A DNA stretch of 64,000 nucleotides from an uncultured Staphylococcaceae bacterium (GTDB taxonomy: Bacteria > Bacillota_I > Bacilli_A > RFN20 > CAG-826). A program made the translations under genes and the position numbers. This document shows, piece after piece, positions 9,862 through 17,769 of this stretch. Positions within the stretch are counted from its first letter, which is position 1, and each line of letters opens with the position of its first letter. The stretch covers positions 1,503-65,502 of the forward strand of contig CAZLUI010000004.1 of assembly GCA_964562705.1 (NCBI GenBank). Direction: 5' to 3'. The notes under the pieces are model-generated. The model had not been told where the DNA came from and made no database searches. It saw only the letters and a list, made by a program, of their open reading frames with translations.

Positions 9862-11151
9862 TTATTTAAATATGCTTCTAATTAATGAATATCTCGTATC
9901 ATACATTATATTCTTTAGAGCTAAATTGTTCTCGTACGAAACGGATAACAACTTGCTGACTTTATCAGACATTTCTGAAGCTGAAATACTAATTTTTCTT
10001 AGCTGGTTATTAATGGTGGAAAAACCATCATAGAGAGTAGTTTGTAATCTTTCAAGATTAATGTTTGCTTTGGTTAAGTTCAATATTACTTTTGCACGAT
10101 ATTTTTCTTCTTCAAATAAATTAATTGCTTCTTTCCAATTATCTGCTCTTCCACTTTCCAAAAGTTCGATAACAGCAGATAGTACCTCAACAGTTCTATA
10201 TTCAACAGGAACGTTAAACATTTGTTCAAATAAGATTTTTTTATCCATTAAATCTGCATAACTGTTTATCATTTCATGGAAATGTTCTTTTACATAATTA
10301 AATCGTTCTGAATGCAACTTAAAAAATGCGTCTCTTTTTTTAACAGCGTCTCTTATACATTCTGAAACTTGGTGACCGATGGGTAGAGTCGTTTTTTCTG
10401 TCACAGTTTTTGTTGCATCGCTAAAAAAACTAGCCACTAACACTCTGCGAGTTCTAGTTCGAGTAATTACAACGTCGGCAACATCGTTTGGAGCGTTTTT
10501 AATGAAGTCAAAGACATTACTGTCTCCACCAAGCAAACTATCACCAAGGTTTTTTTCATATTTGTTATCAACTGTGGACAAAGAATATGTTATCTCATCT
10601 TCGCTTCCAAAATTTTTTGCTCTGTCTTGTTCGTACGCTTCATCAAACAACTTTTCTAATCTTTTATATAATTCACCGTCATAACTAAATAACTCGTCGT
10701 AAAAGTTGTAAGGTGGCATATCGAAGAAGAATAACTTTCTTCTCATAACAGAATCCCAGTTAAGGTTAAGATCAGAAAATTCTATATTCTCTTTTAGATG
10801 AATTTGCTGATTTCTTATAAAGTCCCCATTCATATTCCAAAACTCATGGGAGTTAATTTTATATTCAGCAGGGTCATCTAAGTTTGTGTCGCACAAAAAC
10901 CAACACTCATAGCCGGTAAATGCATTGATATATTGCACCCAGTTTTTCAAAATTGAAATCAATTGACTTTTATTAACCTCTTTGGGATCGGATTTGATTT
11001 GAATTGCGTCGCTAGTTTTTTCTTCAACTTCTGTAAGAAGTTTTTTTGCTTCTTCTAGAGAATATTCCGTCCCACAATCTTGGCAAACAAAAACTCCATT
11101 TTCCTTCTTTATTGACTGACTTCCACATATTTCACAAACCATTTTTTTCAT
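9862..11151 (-). CDS. hypothetical protein with N-terminal zinc ribbon (CEICGS...CQDCGT), 429 aa; the remainder has no recognisable family
   Basis: Long clean ORF; the CxxC-x14-CxxC lies at residues 6-26; overlaps the upstream gene by 4 nt (translational coupling). Confidence 0.6.
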   Translation of the reverse strand: MKKMVCEICGSQSIKKENGVFVCQDCGTEYSLEEAKKLLTEVEEKTSDAIQIKSDPKEVNKSQLISILKNWVQYINAFTGYECWFLCDTNLDDPAEYKINSHEFWNMNGDFIRNQQIHLKENIEFSDLNLNWDSVMRRKLFFFDMPPYNFYDELFSYDGELYKRLEKLFDEAYEQDRAKNFGSEDEITYSLSTVDNKYEKNLGDSLLGGDSNVFDFIKNAPNDVADVVITRTRTRRVLVASFFSDATKTVTEKTTLPIGHQVSECIRDAVKKRDAFFKLHSERFNYVKEHFHEMINSYADLMDKKILFEQMFNVPVEYRTVEVLSAVIELLESGRADNWKEAINLFEEEKYRAKVILNLTKANINLERLQTTLYDGFSTINNQLRKISISASEMSDKVSKLLSVSYENNLALKNIMYDTRYSLIRSIFK

Positions 11152-11567
11152 CTTTCGCTTACTCCTTTCAACACTTTTGCAGTCTTTTTCTTAAAGTCGA
11201 TTGAATAGTAAAAAATATTTTTTCCTTTATTTTGAAGCAAAAACCTATTAGAAAGCATAGAAACATTGTTACTTTTGAAAACAATAATCACCGAATCATT
11301 TGACAATTGTGTTTCGGTAAAACGCCCGCATCCTATTACTTTGGACGATACACTATTAAAATGCGTTTCATATATATAATCGTTAACAAATACGATAGCC
11401 GAATTGTTTTTTCTATTTTTTAAAAAAACCGGATTACGAATATAAGAATTAATTTGAATATTGTACTTATAAAAATCATTAATTGCTTTCTCAATGCTTT
11501 CAGAAATCGCGCTTAAGTCTTCCTCGTCTACAAATAATCTTAAAAGGCATTCATTTTCGACATCCAT
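11148..11567 (-). CDS. hypothetical protein (139 aa), first gene of a two-gene operon with the zinc-ribbon protein
   Basis: ORF whose stop overlaps the start of the downstream gene; no recognisable motifs. Confidence 0.5.
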   Translation of the reverse strand: MDVENECLLRLFVDEEDLSAISESIEKAINDFYKYNIQINSYIRNPVFLKNRKNNSAIVFVNDYIYETHFNSVSSKVIGCGRFTETQLSNDSVIIVFKSNNVSMLSNRFLLQNKGKNIFYYSIDFKKKTAKVLKGVSER

Positions 11568-12197
11568 ATTTAGATTTATTTTAGTCTACTAACAAACTAA
11601 TAACAAGCACTTTAAAGCACTTAATTTATAACGATTTAGACTTAGCCCACGGACTTTTTCATATGCTTTGAGTTGTAATCTGCGAACCATTTACAAACTT
11701 AGCAATTTTAAATTGGTTAGAAAATGAGTGACCAAAAGAAACATTGTCGCCTTAACCCGTCATTAGAGTTTTTGGAGTTTTGCTTGAGTAAACACCAAAT
11801 TCGGTTTTTTTCACTAAATTCGGCATAAAGATAACTAAGCGACATTAAAAACAAGATAAATTGTAATCTTAAGTGCAACACTTCGATATAGCTTCAGACC
11901 GGTCTTTAAAAACGGGGCGCGGAATGTTAGTAAGTAAGGTATTTGTTAGGTCTATGTGATAAAGCTTGGTGGTGAGTTTGTTTGGAGCTTTAAACTGAGT
12001 TTTATGATAGCTGTGGTCTGATGTAAGTATGAAGTGAGAGCTTGTGTGTTTATATAAATATAACTTGCGGGCTGAGAGAGTATATTTTGGTGGAGTTGGG
12101 CGGGTAAGTATTAATAAGAAAGACTAAATAAAAAGTAAGTAAAATATAGTTTGTTTTTTTATAAGGGCGGGGAGAGAAGAATTAGTTAGTAAGTATT

Positions 12198-12231
12198 AAA
12201 AAAAGATCTAAGGTTAGTAGATCTTTTTTTA
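12198..12231. terminator. bidirectional intrinsic terminator (A7-agatcta-aggttag-tagatct-T7) within repeat unit 1
   Basis: Perfect 7-bp stem flanked by an A-run and a T-run. Confidence 0.7.
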
Positions 12232-12733
12232 GTTTTGTATGTAAGTATCTATGTTAATTATTGAATAGAGTTTTGTGTCTAAGTTTGAATAATTTGTTTT
12301 AGATAATTACATGACTGTCGTTGTCCAAGCTCGCCCATCCAGTTTTGTCTGAGGTCGCCCATCCATATTATGTCGTGTTTTGAGACAGTCGGGAGCGGGC
12401 GAATACGAATTATTTTTGCTGTGGGACGGAAGCTTTGCAGAAGACGTGTTTTGAGCTGCAGCCTGGTATTTGCTTAGGTATTGCGACAAAGCTTCTGTAT
12501 GGGCTTGTTTGATAGCTTAAAATGAGTCTGGTCGCAGGGTTTAAGCAAGGGCGGCAGGCTGGGCGGTTGAGGGGAGGTTTATATTAATATATAAGGTGAG
12601 GTAAGTAAGTATTATTTGTCTATATAGGATGAGAGTAAGTAAGTTGGTTGTTCTATATATATGGGAAATAAGTAAGTGAAAAGATATATATGACTAATAT
12701 TTTTTTATAGGGGCGGGGAGAGAAAGAAAGTAT

Positions 12734-12765
12734 AAAAAAGATCTATGGGTGAGATAGATCTTAAT
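12734..12765. terminator. bidirectional intrinsic terminator (A6-agatctat-gggtgag-atagatct-T-rich) within repeat unit 2
   Basis: Perfect 8-bp stem with an A-run upstream and a T-rich tract downstream. Confidence 0.65.
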
Positions 12766-12855
12766 TTGTTGTTTTGTTGTTAATAATTATCTATGTTTGT
12801 TGAATAATAATGTTTAGACTATTTTGAATGATTTGATTTAGATAATTACAATGAC

Positions 12856-12932
12856 TATGGTTGTCTAAGGTCAGTTATTCAATTTGGTCTAAAATTCTCC
12901 ATTCACAATTATGTCGTACAACTTAGACTTCG
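12856..12932. repeat. 77-bp direct repeat, copy 2 (right boundary of the island core); lacks the right hairpin arm seen in copy 1
   Basis: Identical to 9674-9750. Internally made of two ~22-bp subrepeats (ttgtctaaggtcagttattca / ttggtctaaaattctccattca). Confidence 0.9.
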
Positions 12933-12977
12933 CGAATAAGAAAAAACCAGGCTTTTACACCTGGCTAGTTTGGAATT

Positions 12978-13409
12978 TTAGAATTCTAGTTTTTTGCCTT
13001 TAAGACAATCTTCCGTGCTTGGCTCTGGTACACCACTACAACTCATTTCACTTTCTATTTCCAGAATCGGCTTGTATAGAAGATCTAATGTGTATAAGTC
13101 TTTGGCAATTGTTTCATATAGTTTTTTACGCTGCCCCACAAAACACTGACCTATTGCTTTAGCAATGTTAAGTAGAAAAGCCGATGTAATATCATGAGGA
13201 GTAGGTTCGCACCCCCAAAGCATAGATGTTTCCATGTCATAGTCATACTTCATTACTGACTGTTTAAACAACATTTCAAATCTACTATTACTTTCTTCCT
13301 TATATTCATCTTTAGTTTCTATAAGTTTATAAATAGTTGAACCTTTACCTTCTGGCCAAATACGCTCCAATTCCTTAAGCATCCATTCTTTTTTCATCCA
13401 TTCTTCCAT
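12978..13409 (-). CDS. hypothetical protein (143 aa), acidic/K-rich, no known family
   Basis: ORF with RBS aaagga about 9 nt upstream of the ATG; preceded by a conserved ~40-bp motif shared with the next gene. Confidence 0.5.
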   Translation of the reverse strand: MEEWMKKEWMLKELERIWPEGKGSTIYKLIETKDEYKEESNSRFEMLFKQSVMKYDYDMETSMLWGCEPTPHDITSAFLLNIAKAIGQCFVGQRKKLYETIAKDLYTLDLLYKPILEIESEMSCSGVPEPSTEDCLKGKKLEF

Positions 13410-13478
13410 AAATAATTTTCCTTTCTGTCATTTAAGACGCCACTATTATGTAATTTTTAGAAGTTCAAATGGTCGCTT

Positions 13479-13793
13479 CTATTGAGACAAAATATTTTCT
13501 GCATCTAATGTGAAATACAAAGTATCAATTGACTCATATTCACTACTTTCTATGGTTATTGAATTGTTACTTCTAAACCACACAATAAACTCTCTAGCTC
13601 CAATATTGAACTCGTTGATTTTTAGATCAGTAATAACAAATTTTAAAGTTGAATACCCATCCCTGTGATTAACTCTATTGGTACAAAGCACAACCGCATA
13701 GAAACCGATTTTTTCTAAGTCGCCATACCTATATTTTTTACCCGGTATAAATTTAAATTCATTCATACTTTTTTTCTCCTTTCGTGCCTCCAT
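13479..13793 (-). CDS. hypothetical protein (104 aa in the track). A better start is probably the internal MNEFKF (ATG at 13766, ~95 aa), which has aaggag 9 nt upstream.
   Basis: ORF; a strong SD precedes the internal ATG and none precedes the first ATG. Confidence 0.45.
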   Translation of the reverse strand: MEARKEKKSMNEFKFIPGKKYRYGDLEKIGFYAVVLCTNRVNHRDGYSTLKFVITDLKINEFNIGAREFIVWFRSNNSITIESSEYESIDTLYFTLDAENILSQ

Positions 13794-14017
13794 TATGAAT
13801 CTTTTGTAGTTTTAAATGGTCGCGTCCAGAGAGACAAAAAACTTACTCGCTAATAAATTGCTTACTTTAGTAACAAACGTGCGACAATGGACTCCTAAAG
13901 CAACAAAAAAGACCTGCACAGAAGCAGATCTCTTTATTAATTTTATAGCTGCCCACGCCGAATGGACGTTTTTGGCCAACTTCGGATAAGTGACTTTGGA
14001 CAACTACAGCATTCAAA

Positions 14018-14245
14018 TTAGTCTTGAATGTATGGTAGTAAACCCATGAAGCGGGCGTTTTTGATTGCTTTAGCCAGCTCTCTTTGATACTTAGCACATG
14101 TGCCAGTAGCGTGACGAGCGGCAATCTTACCGTTTGGAGTAATGAATTTGCTTAATAATTCAACATCCTTATAATCGATATGATCAATTTTATTCTTGGT
14201 AAAGTAACAAACCTTTTTGTGAGGTCTAATTTTCTTGAATCCCAT
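14018..14245 (-). CDS. rpsR: 30S ribosomal protein S18
   Basis: [41 protein letters not shown]...ARFMGLLPY. Confidence 0.95.
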   Translation of the reverse strand: MGFKKIRPHKKVCYFTKNKIDHIDYKDVELLSKFITPNGKIAARHATGTCAKYQRELAKAIKNARFMGLLPYIQD

Positions 14246-14259
14246 TTTAATTTTCCTTT

Positions 14260-14682
14260 CTAGAACGGAAGGTCATCATCGGCGACATCAATAGAATCGA
14301 GATTCTTGCTATCGTCTACTGCTGGTTCATCTAGTGGAACTTCCTCATTAGGAATTTCTTTTGATTTTGGTTCAAGGAATTGAACTGAATCAGCAATTAC
14401 TTCAATGACAGAGCCTTTTGTTCCATCTCTTCTCTCGAATGTTCTTTGATGGATTCTACCATCAACACCGACGAGTGAGCCTTTGCGGCAATATTTTGCA
14501 ACGTTATCTGCTTGTTGATTCCAAACAGTAACTCCAATAAATGTAGTGGTCTTTTGGCCATTAGCATCTTTCATGCGATCATCCACTGCAATTGTGAATG
14601 AAGCAACTGGAACATCAGAAGTTGTTCTTCTTAGTTCTGGGTCGCGGGTTAGTCTACCCACGAGAATGATTCGATTAATCAT
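14260..14682 (-). CDS. ssb: single-stranded DNA-binding protein
   Basis: [20 protein letters not shown]-fold N-terminus, acidic C-terminal tail ending DDLPF. Confidence 0.95.
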   Translation of the reverse strand: MINRIILVGRLTRDPELRRTTSDVPVASFTIAVDDRMKDANGQKTTTFIGVTVWNQQADNVAKYCRKGSLVGVDGRIHQRTFERRDGTKGSVIEVIADSVQFLEPKSKEIPNEEVPLDEPAVDDSKNLDSIDVADDDLPF

Positions 14683-14698
14683 TGTAAAACCTCCTTAA

Positions 14699-14986
14699 TT
14701 AGTCTTTATCAACCATGATTAAGTGACGTACAACGTTTTGGTCGATTTTAGCTAAACGGACGAACTCTTTCAAAGCTTCATCATCAGCTGTTACTTTAAT
14801 AACAACATAGTAGCCTTTTTTCATATCGTTGATTGGATATGCGAATTCACGTAAGCCCCATTCATTGACATTGGTAATGTTTGCACCTTTGCCGGTTAAA
14901 ATGGCGTGAAGTTTCTCGACTTCAGCTTTACGAGCTGCTTCGTCAAGATCTGCTTTCACGATGTACATAATTTCGTACTTTTTCAT
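14699..14986 (-). CDS. rpsF: 30S ribosomal protein S6
   Basis: MKKYEIMYIV start; rpsF-ssb-rpsR operon order. Confidence 0.95.
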   Translation of the reverse strand: MKKYEIMYIVKADLDEAARKAEVEKLHAILTGKGANITNVNEWGLREFAYPINDMKKGYYVVIKVTADDEALKEFVRLAKIDQNVVRHLIMVDKD

Positions 14987-15181
14987 ATAGGCACCTCCCT
15001 TTGGTCTTCTGGCTGTTATCTGTGTAACAGCAGAGAGAAATTGCGATTTCTCGCGTAGGCATTATATTATATATGCGTGCTTTTATTCAAGTTAATTCGT
15101 TTGTTGTACGCCTATGGATTCAAGTACCTCCGCTTACATATATAGCAAAACGAAAGAATATGTCCTTATTTGCAAGACAAA

Positions 15182-15208
15182 CAAAAACGATTCCCATAAA
15201 GGGAACCG
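15182..15208 (-). terminator. probable intrinsic terminator of lysS (minus strand: ggttccc-ttta-tgggaatcg followed by uuuuugUUU)
   Basis: Hairpin plus U-run about 18 nt after the lysS stop; imperfect stem. Confidence 0.4.
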
Positions 15209-15223
15209 TCTTAATTTTTGGGA

Positions 15224-16714
15224 TTATTTATTTGAGTCTCTCATGCATGGAAAGAGAATAACTTCACGGATGCTTTGTTGATTTGTCATCAGCATAACGA
15301 ATCTATCGATGCCGATGCCGATGCCGCCAGCTGGTGGCATGCCATAATCAAGGGCTTCAAGGAAGTCAGTATCCATTTCACTAGCTTCTTCATCACCAAG
15401 TTTTTTGGCTTCAAGTTGAGCTTCAAATCTTTCTTTTTGATCAATTGGATCATTAAGTTCGGTGTAAGCATTGCCGTATTCCATGCCACCAATAAATAAT
15501 TCAAATCGATCAGTGAACATTGGATTGCCAATTTCCTTCTTTGTTAAAGGAGACACTTCAATTGGATATGAATGAACAAATGTTGGTTCTTGTAGATATG
15601 GATCACACTTCTCATCAAAGAATGCATTGATAATAAAGCCAATACTTGTCCAGTGTTTTTCAACCTTAATTCCGTTCTTTCTTGCTAAAGCAACAGCTTC
15701 TTCAAAAGTCATTGGTTGGTTAAAATCAATACCAGTTGCTTCTTTAACAACATCAATCATTGTTACCCATCTAAATGGTTTGCCTAAATCTAGGGTCTTA
15801 TCGCCATAAGGAATTGTAGTTGAGCCCACAACTTTTTTAGCGACTTCTTTAAATAAATTTTCACAGAGGAACCTCATATCTTGAAGGTCACCATATGCTT
15901 GATATAGCTCAATAGTAGTAAATTCTGGGTTATGTTTTGTGTCCATTCCTTCGTTGCGGAATAAACGACCAATTTCATAAACTCTTTCCATTCCACCAAC
16001 AAGCAATTTTTTTAAAGGCAATTCGGTCGCAATGCGAAGATAAAAATCTTTGTCTAAAGCATTGTGATGGGTGACGAATGGTCTAGCTGATGCGCCGCCT
16101 AAAATTGGTGATAGCACGCTTGTTTCAACTTCAGTAAAACCTTGTCCATCAAAATAGTTTTGAATAGCGCGTATGATTTTTGGTCTTGCTAAAGCAATTT
16201 TCATAGAGTCGTCATTCATAATTAAATCAACATAACGATGTCTATATCTCTCTTCGACGTCTGTTAATCCATGAAACTTCTCTGGTAAAGGACGAAGTGA
16301 TTTGGTTAAATGAGTATATTTTTCAGCACGAACCGTCATTTCGCCAGTTCTAGTGAGCATAACTCTACCATAGACTCCAACGATATCACCGATATCGGCA
16401 AGTCTAAATAGTGAATATGCCTCTTCACCAACGACATCAATACCAACATATACTTGGATATTGCCACTCACATCTTTGATGTTCATAAACGATGCTTTCC
16501 CCATACGTCTTAAAGACATAATGCGTCCAGCAATAGTGACATAAACTCTGTTTGCGTCTAATTCTTCGTTTGTTTTTCCATCGCACTTTTCATGAACTGA
16601 TTTCACCGAATCACTTCTAATGAATTTTTGACCGAATGGATCAACTCCGAGTTCTTTGTATTTAGCAAGCTTCTCGCGTCTTACTTGTTCTTGATCTGAT
16701 AATTTTTCTTCCAT
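15224..16714 (-). CDS. lysS: lysine--tRNA ligase (class II)
   Basis: MEEKLSDQEQVRREKLAKYKELGVDPFG N-terminus, class II motifs; GAGG RBS 7 nt upstream of the ATG at 16714. The track ORF extends to 16762 as read-through. Confidence 0.95.
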   Translation of the reverse strand: MEEKLSDQEQVRREKLAKYKELGVDPFGQKFIRSDSVKSVHEKCDGKTNEELDANRVYVTIAGRIMSLRRMGKASFMNIKDVSGNIQVYVGIDVVGEEAYSLFRLADIGDIVGVYGRVMLTRTGEMTVRAEKYTHLTKSLRPLPEKFHGLTDVEERYRHRYVDLIMNDDSMKIALARPKIIRAIQNYFDGQGFTEVETSVLSPILGGASARPFVTHHNALDKDFYLRIATELPLKKLLVGGMERVYEIGRLFRNEGMDTKHNPEFTTIELYQAYGDLQDMRFLCENLFKEVAKKVVGSTTIPYGDKTLDLGKPFRWVTMIDVVKEATGIDFNQPMTFEEAVALARKNGIKVEKHWTSIGFIINAFFDEKCDPYLQEPTFVHSYPIEVSPLTKKEIGNPMFTDRFELFIGGMEYGNAYTELNDPIDQKERFEAQLEAKKLGDEEASEMDTDFLEALDYGMPPAGGIGIGIDRFVMLMTNQQSIREVILFPCMRDSNK

Positions 16715-16767
16715 ATGAAAACCTCGCTTTAAAATATTAACATAGCCAAGCGTTGTAAACAACGGAA

Positions 16768-17736
16768 TTACAACTCATGTTTCGCTAAAATGGCCAATAA
16801 AGACTTCTTTGTTATAAGGTTTTGAGATAATTCAGCTTTTAAAGGTTTCGAGTTTGGATAATTATTTAAAAATTTGGGGGCGATACCGCGTAGAACCATC
16901 ATCGCTTTATATTCACCTTTTTCTTCAATCATCATGTCCGTTAACGTTAGTAGATTTTTGATATTATCTTTTAAAGAAATATTTTGTATTTTTTCTCCAG
17001 TTTCAAAGAAGTGATTAATTTGCGTAACAAGGAACGGATTGCCAACTCCACCACGGGCCACCATAATCGCAGTAGCTTTGGTGATTTCTAGGGCTTTAAT
17101 CGCATCGTCTAACGAAAATATATCTCCACTAATAATTAACGGAATGTTCATTCTTAAGCCAAGATCTTTTAAGGCATCATATCTAGCAAAACCGGAATAG
17201 CCTTGTGTCGTAGTTCTTGCATGAATTGCAACTGCAGCTACGCCTGCATTTTGCAATGCTTTAATGTTCTCTTCAAAATTCAGTTTTTCTTCGCACCAAC
17301 CCAGTCTAATTTTTGCAGTAACTGGTTTAGGCGAATGTTTTACAACTTCACTCATTAATTTTTCCAGTTTTTTAGGGTCTTTTAAAAGAGCAGAACCAGC
17401 GCCAGTTTTTGTGACTTTTGGAACTGGACAGCCTAAGTTAATATCGAACATGTCAAAATCAGAATTATTAGCTAAAACGACATCCATTGCTTTACAAAGT
17501 GTTTCACTATTCGAACCAAAAAGTTGAATTGCAACTGGTCGATCTATTTTGCTGGTTTTGATGTAATCTAAGGTTAATTTATTGTTATATATTAATCCAC
17601 AATCAGATACCATTTCTGTAACTGATAAGCCAACCCCAAAACTTTTCATAAAATCACGATATGAAAGCGAAGTTATTCCAGCCATTGGGCCAAGAACAAC
17701 ATGTGATTTAATTTCAATGTTACCGATTTTCCACAT
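16768..17736 (-). CDS. dusB: tRNA-dihydrouridine synthase (DusB-like)
   Basis: MWKIGNIEIKSHVVLGPMAGITS and DINLGCPVPKV Dus motifs. The true start is the internal ATG at 17736; the longer track ORF overlaps ftsH. Confidence 0.9.
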   Translation of the reverse strand: MWKIGNIEIKSHVVLGPMAGITSLSYRDFMKSFGVGLSVTEMVSDCGLIYNNKLTLDYIKTSKIDRPVAIQLFGSNSETLCKAMDVVLANNSDFDMFDINLGCPVPKVTKTGAGSALLKDPKKLEKLMSEVVKHSPKPVTAKIRLGWCEEKLNFEENIKALQNAGVAAVAIHARTTTQGYSGFARYDALKDLGLRMNIPLIISGDIFSLDDAIKALEITKATAIMVARGGVGNPFLVTQINHFFETGEKIQNISLKDNIKNLLTLTDMMIEEKGEYKAMMVLRGIAPKFLNNYPNSKPLKAELSQNLITKKSLLAILAKHEL

Positions 17737-17742
17737 ATTAGT

Positions 17743-17769
17743 AAAAAGGGAGGTAAACCTCCCATTTTT
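17743..17769 (-). terminator. hairpin (gggagg-taaa-cctccc) with flanking A/T runs immediately after the ftsH stop and 7 nt before the dusB start
   Basis: Perfect 6-bp GC-rich stem, A5 on one side and T5 on the other. Confidence 0.45.

Larger units (their letters stand above)
11950..12936. repeat. two diverged tandem copies (~11950-12400 and ~12480-12936) of a ~450-bp non-coding unit; each contains GGGCGGGGAGAGAA, multiple GTAAGTAAGT motifs and a perfect bidirectional terminator hairpin
   Basis: Manual alignment: aaagcttggtggtgagtttgtttggagctttaaactgagt vs aaagcttctgtatgggcttgtttgatagcttaaaatgagt. gggcggggagagaag...aaaaaaagatcta-N7-tagatcttttttt vs ggggcggggagagaaag...aaaaaagatctat-N7-atagatctt. 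...ttagataattaca(a)tgact... at both unit ends. Confidence 0.8.

Noticed and set aside
12307-12489. 60-aa ORF on the minus strand inside the repetitive region
   Set aside because: It initiates only at a TTG with no SD, has a polar low-complexity composition, and has no counterpart in the second repeat unit. It is kept only as a remote small-peptide possibility.
11570-12975. Possible CRISPR array in the 1.4-kb repetitive non-coding region
   Set aside because: There are no regularly spaced identical short repeats. The repetition is two diverged ~450-bp units plus dispersed GTAAGTAAGT motifs, and no cas genes are nearby.
9640-13850. Prophage or integrative conjugative element
   Set aside because: No integrase, recombinase, terminase or capsid-like ORFs are present and the segment is only ~4 kb. 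The direct repeats may still be att-like scars, but an intact mobile element is not supported.
13812-14124. Two overlapping ORFs (63 and 85 aa) at 13812-14124
   Set aside because: They overlap each other and the bona fide rpsR gene in other frames, and lie in the rpsR 3' region. They are spurious.
15073-15261. 62-aa ORF in the lysS-rpsF intergenic region
   Set aside because: It overlaps the predicted lysS terminator and rpsF leader, has no SD and is hydrophobic low-complexity. The region is better explained as regulatory RNA.
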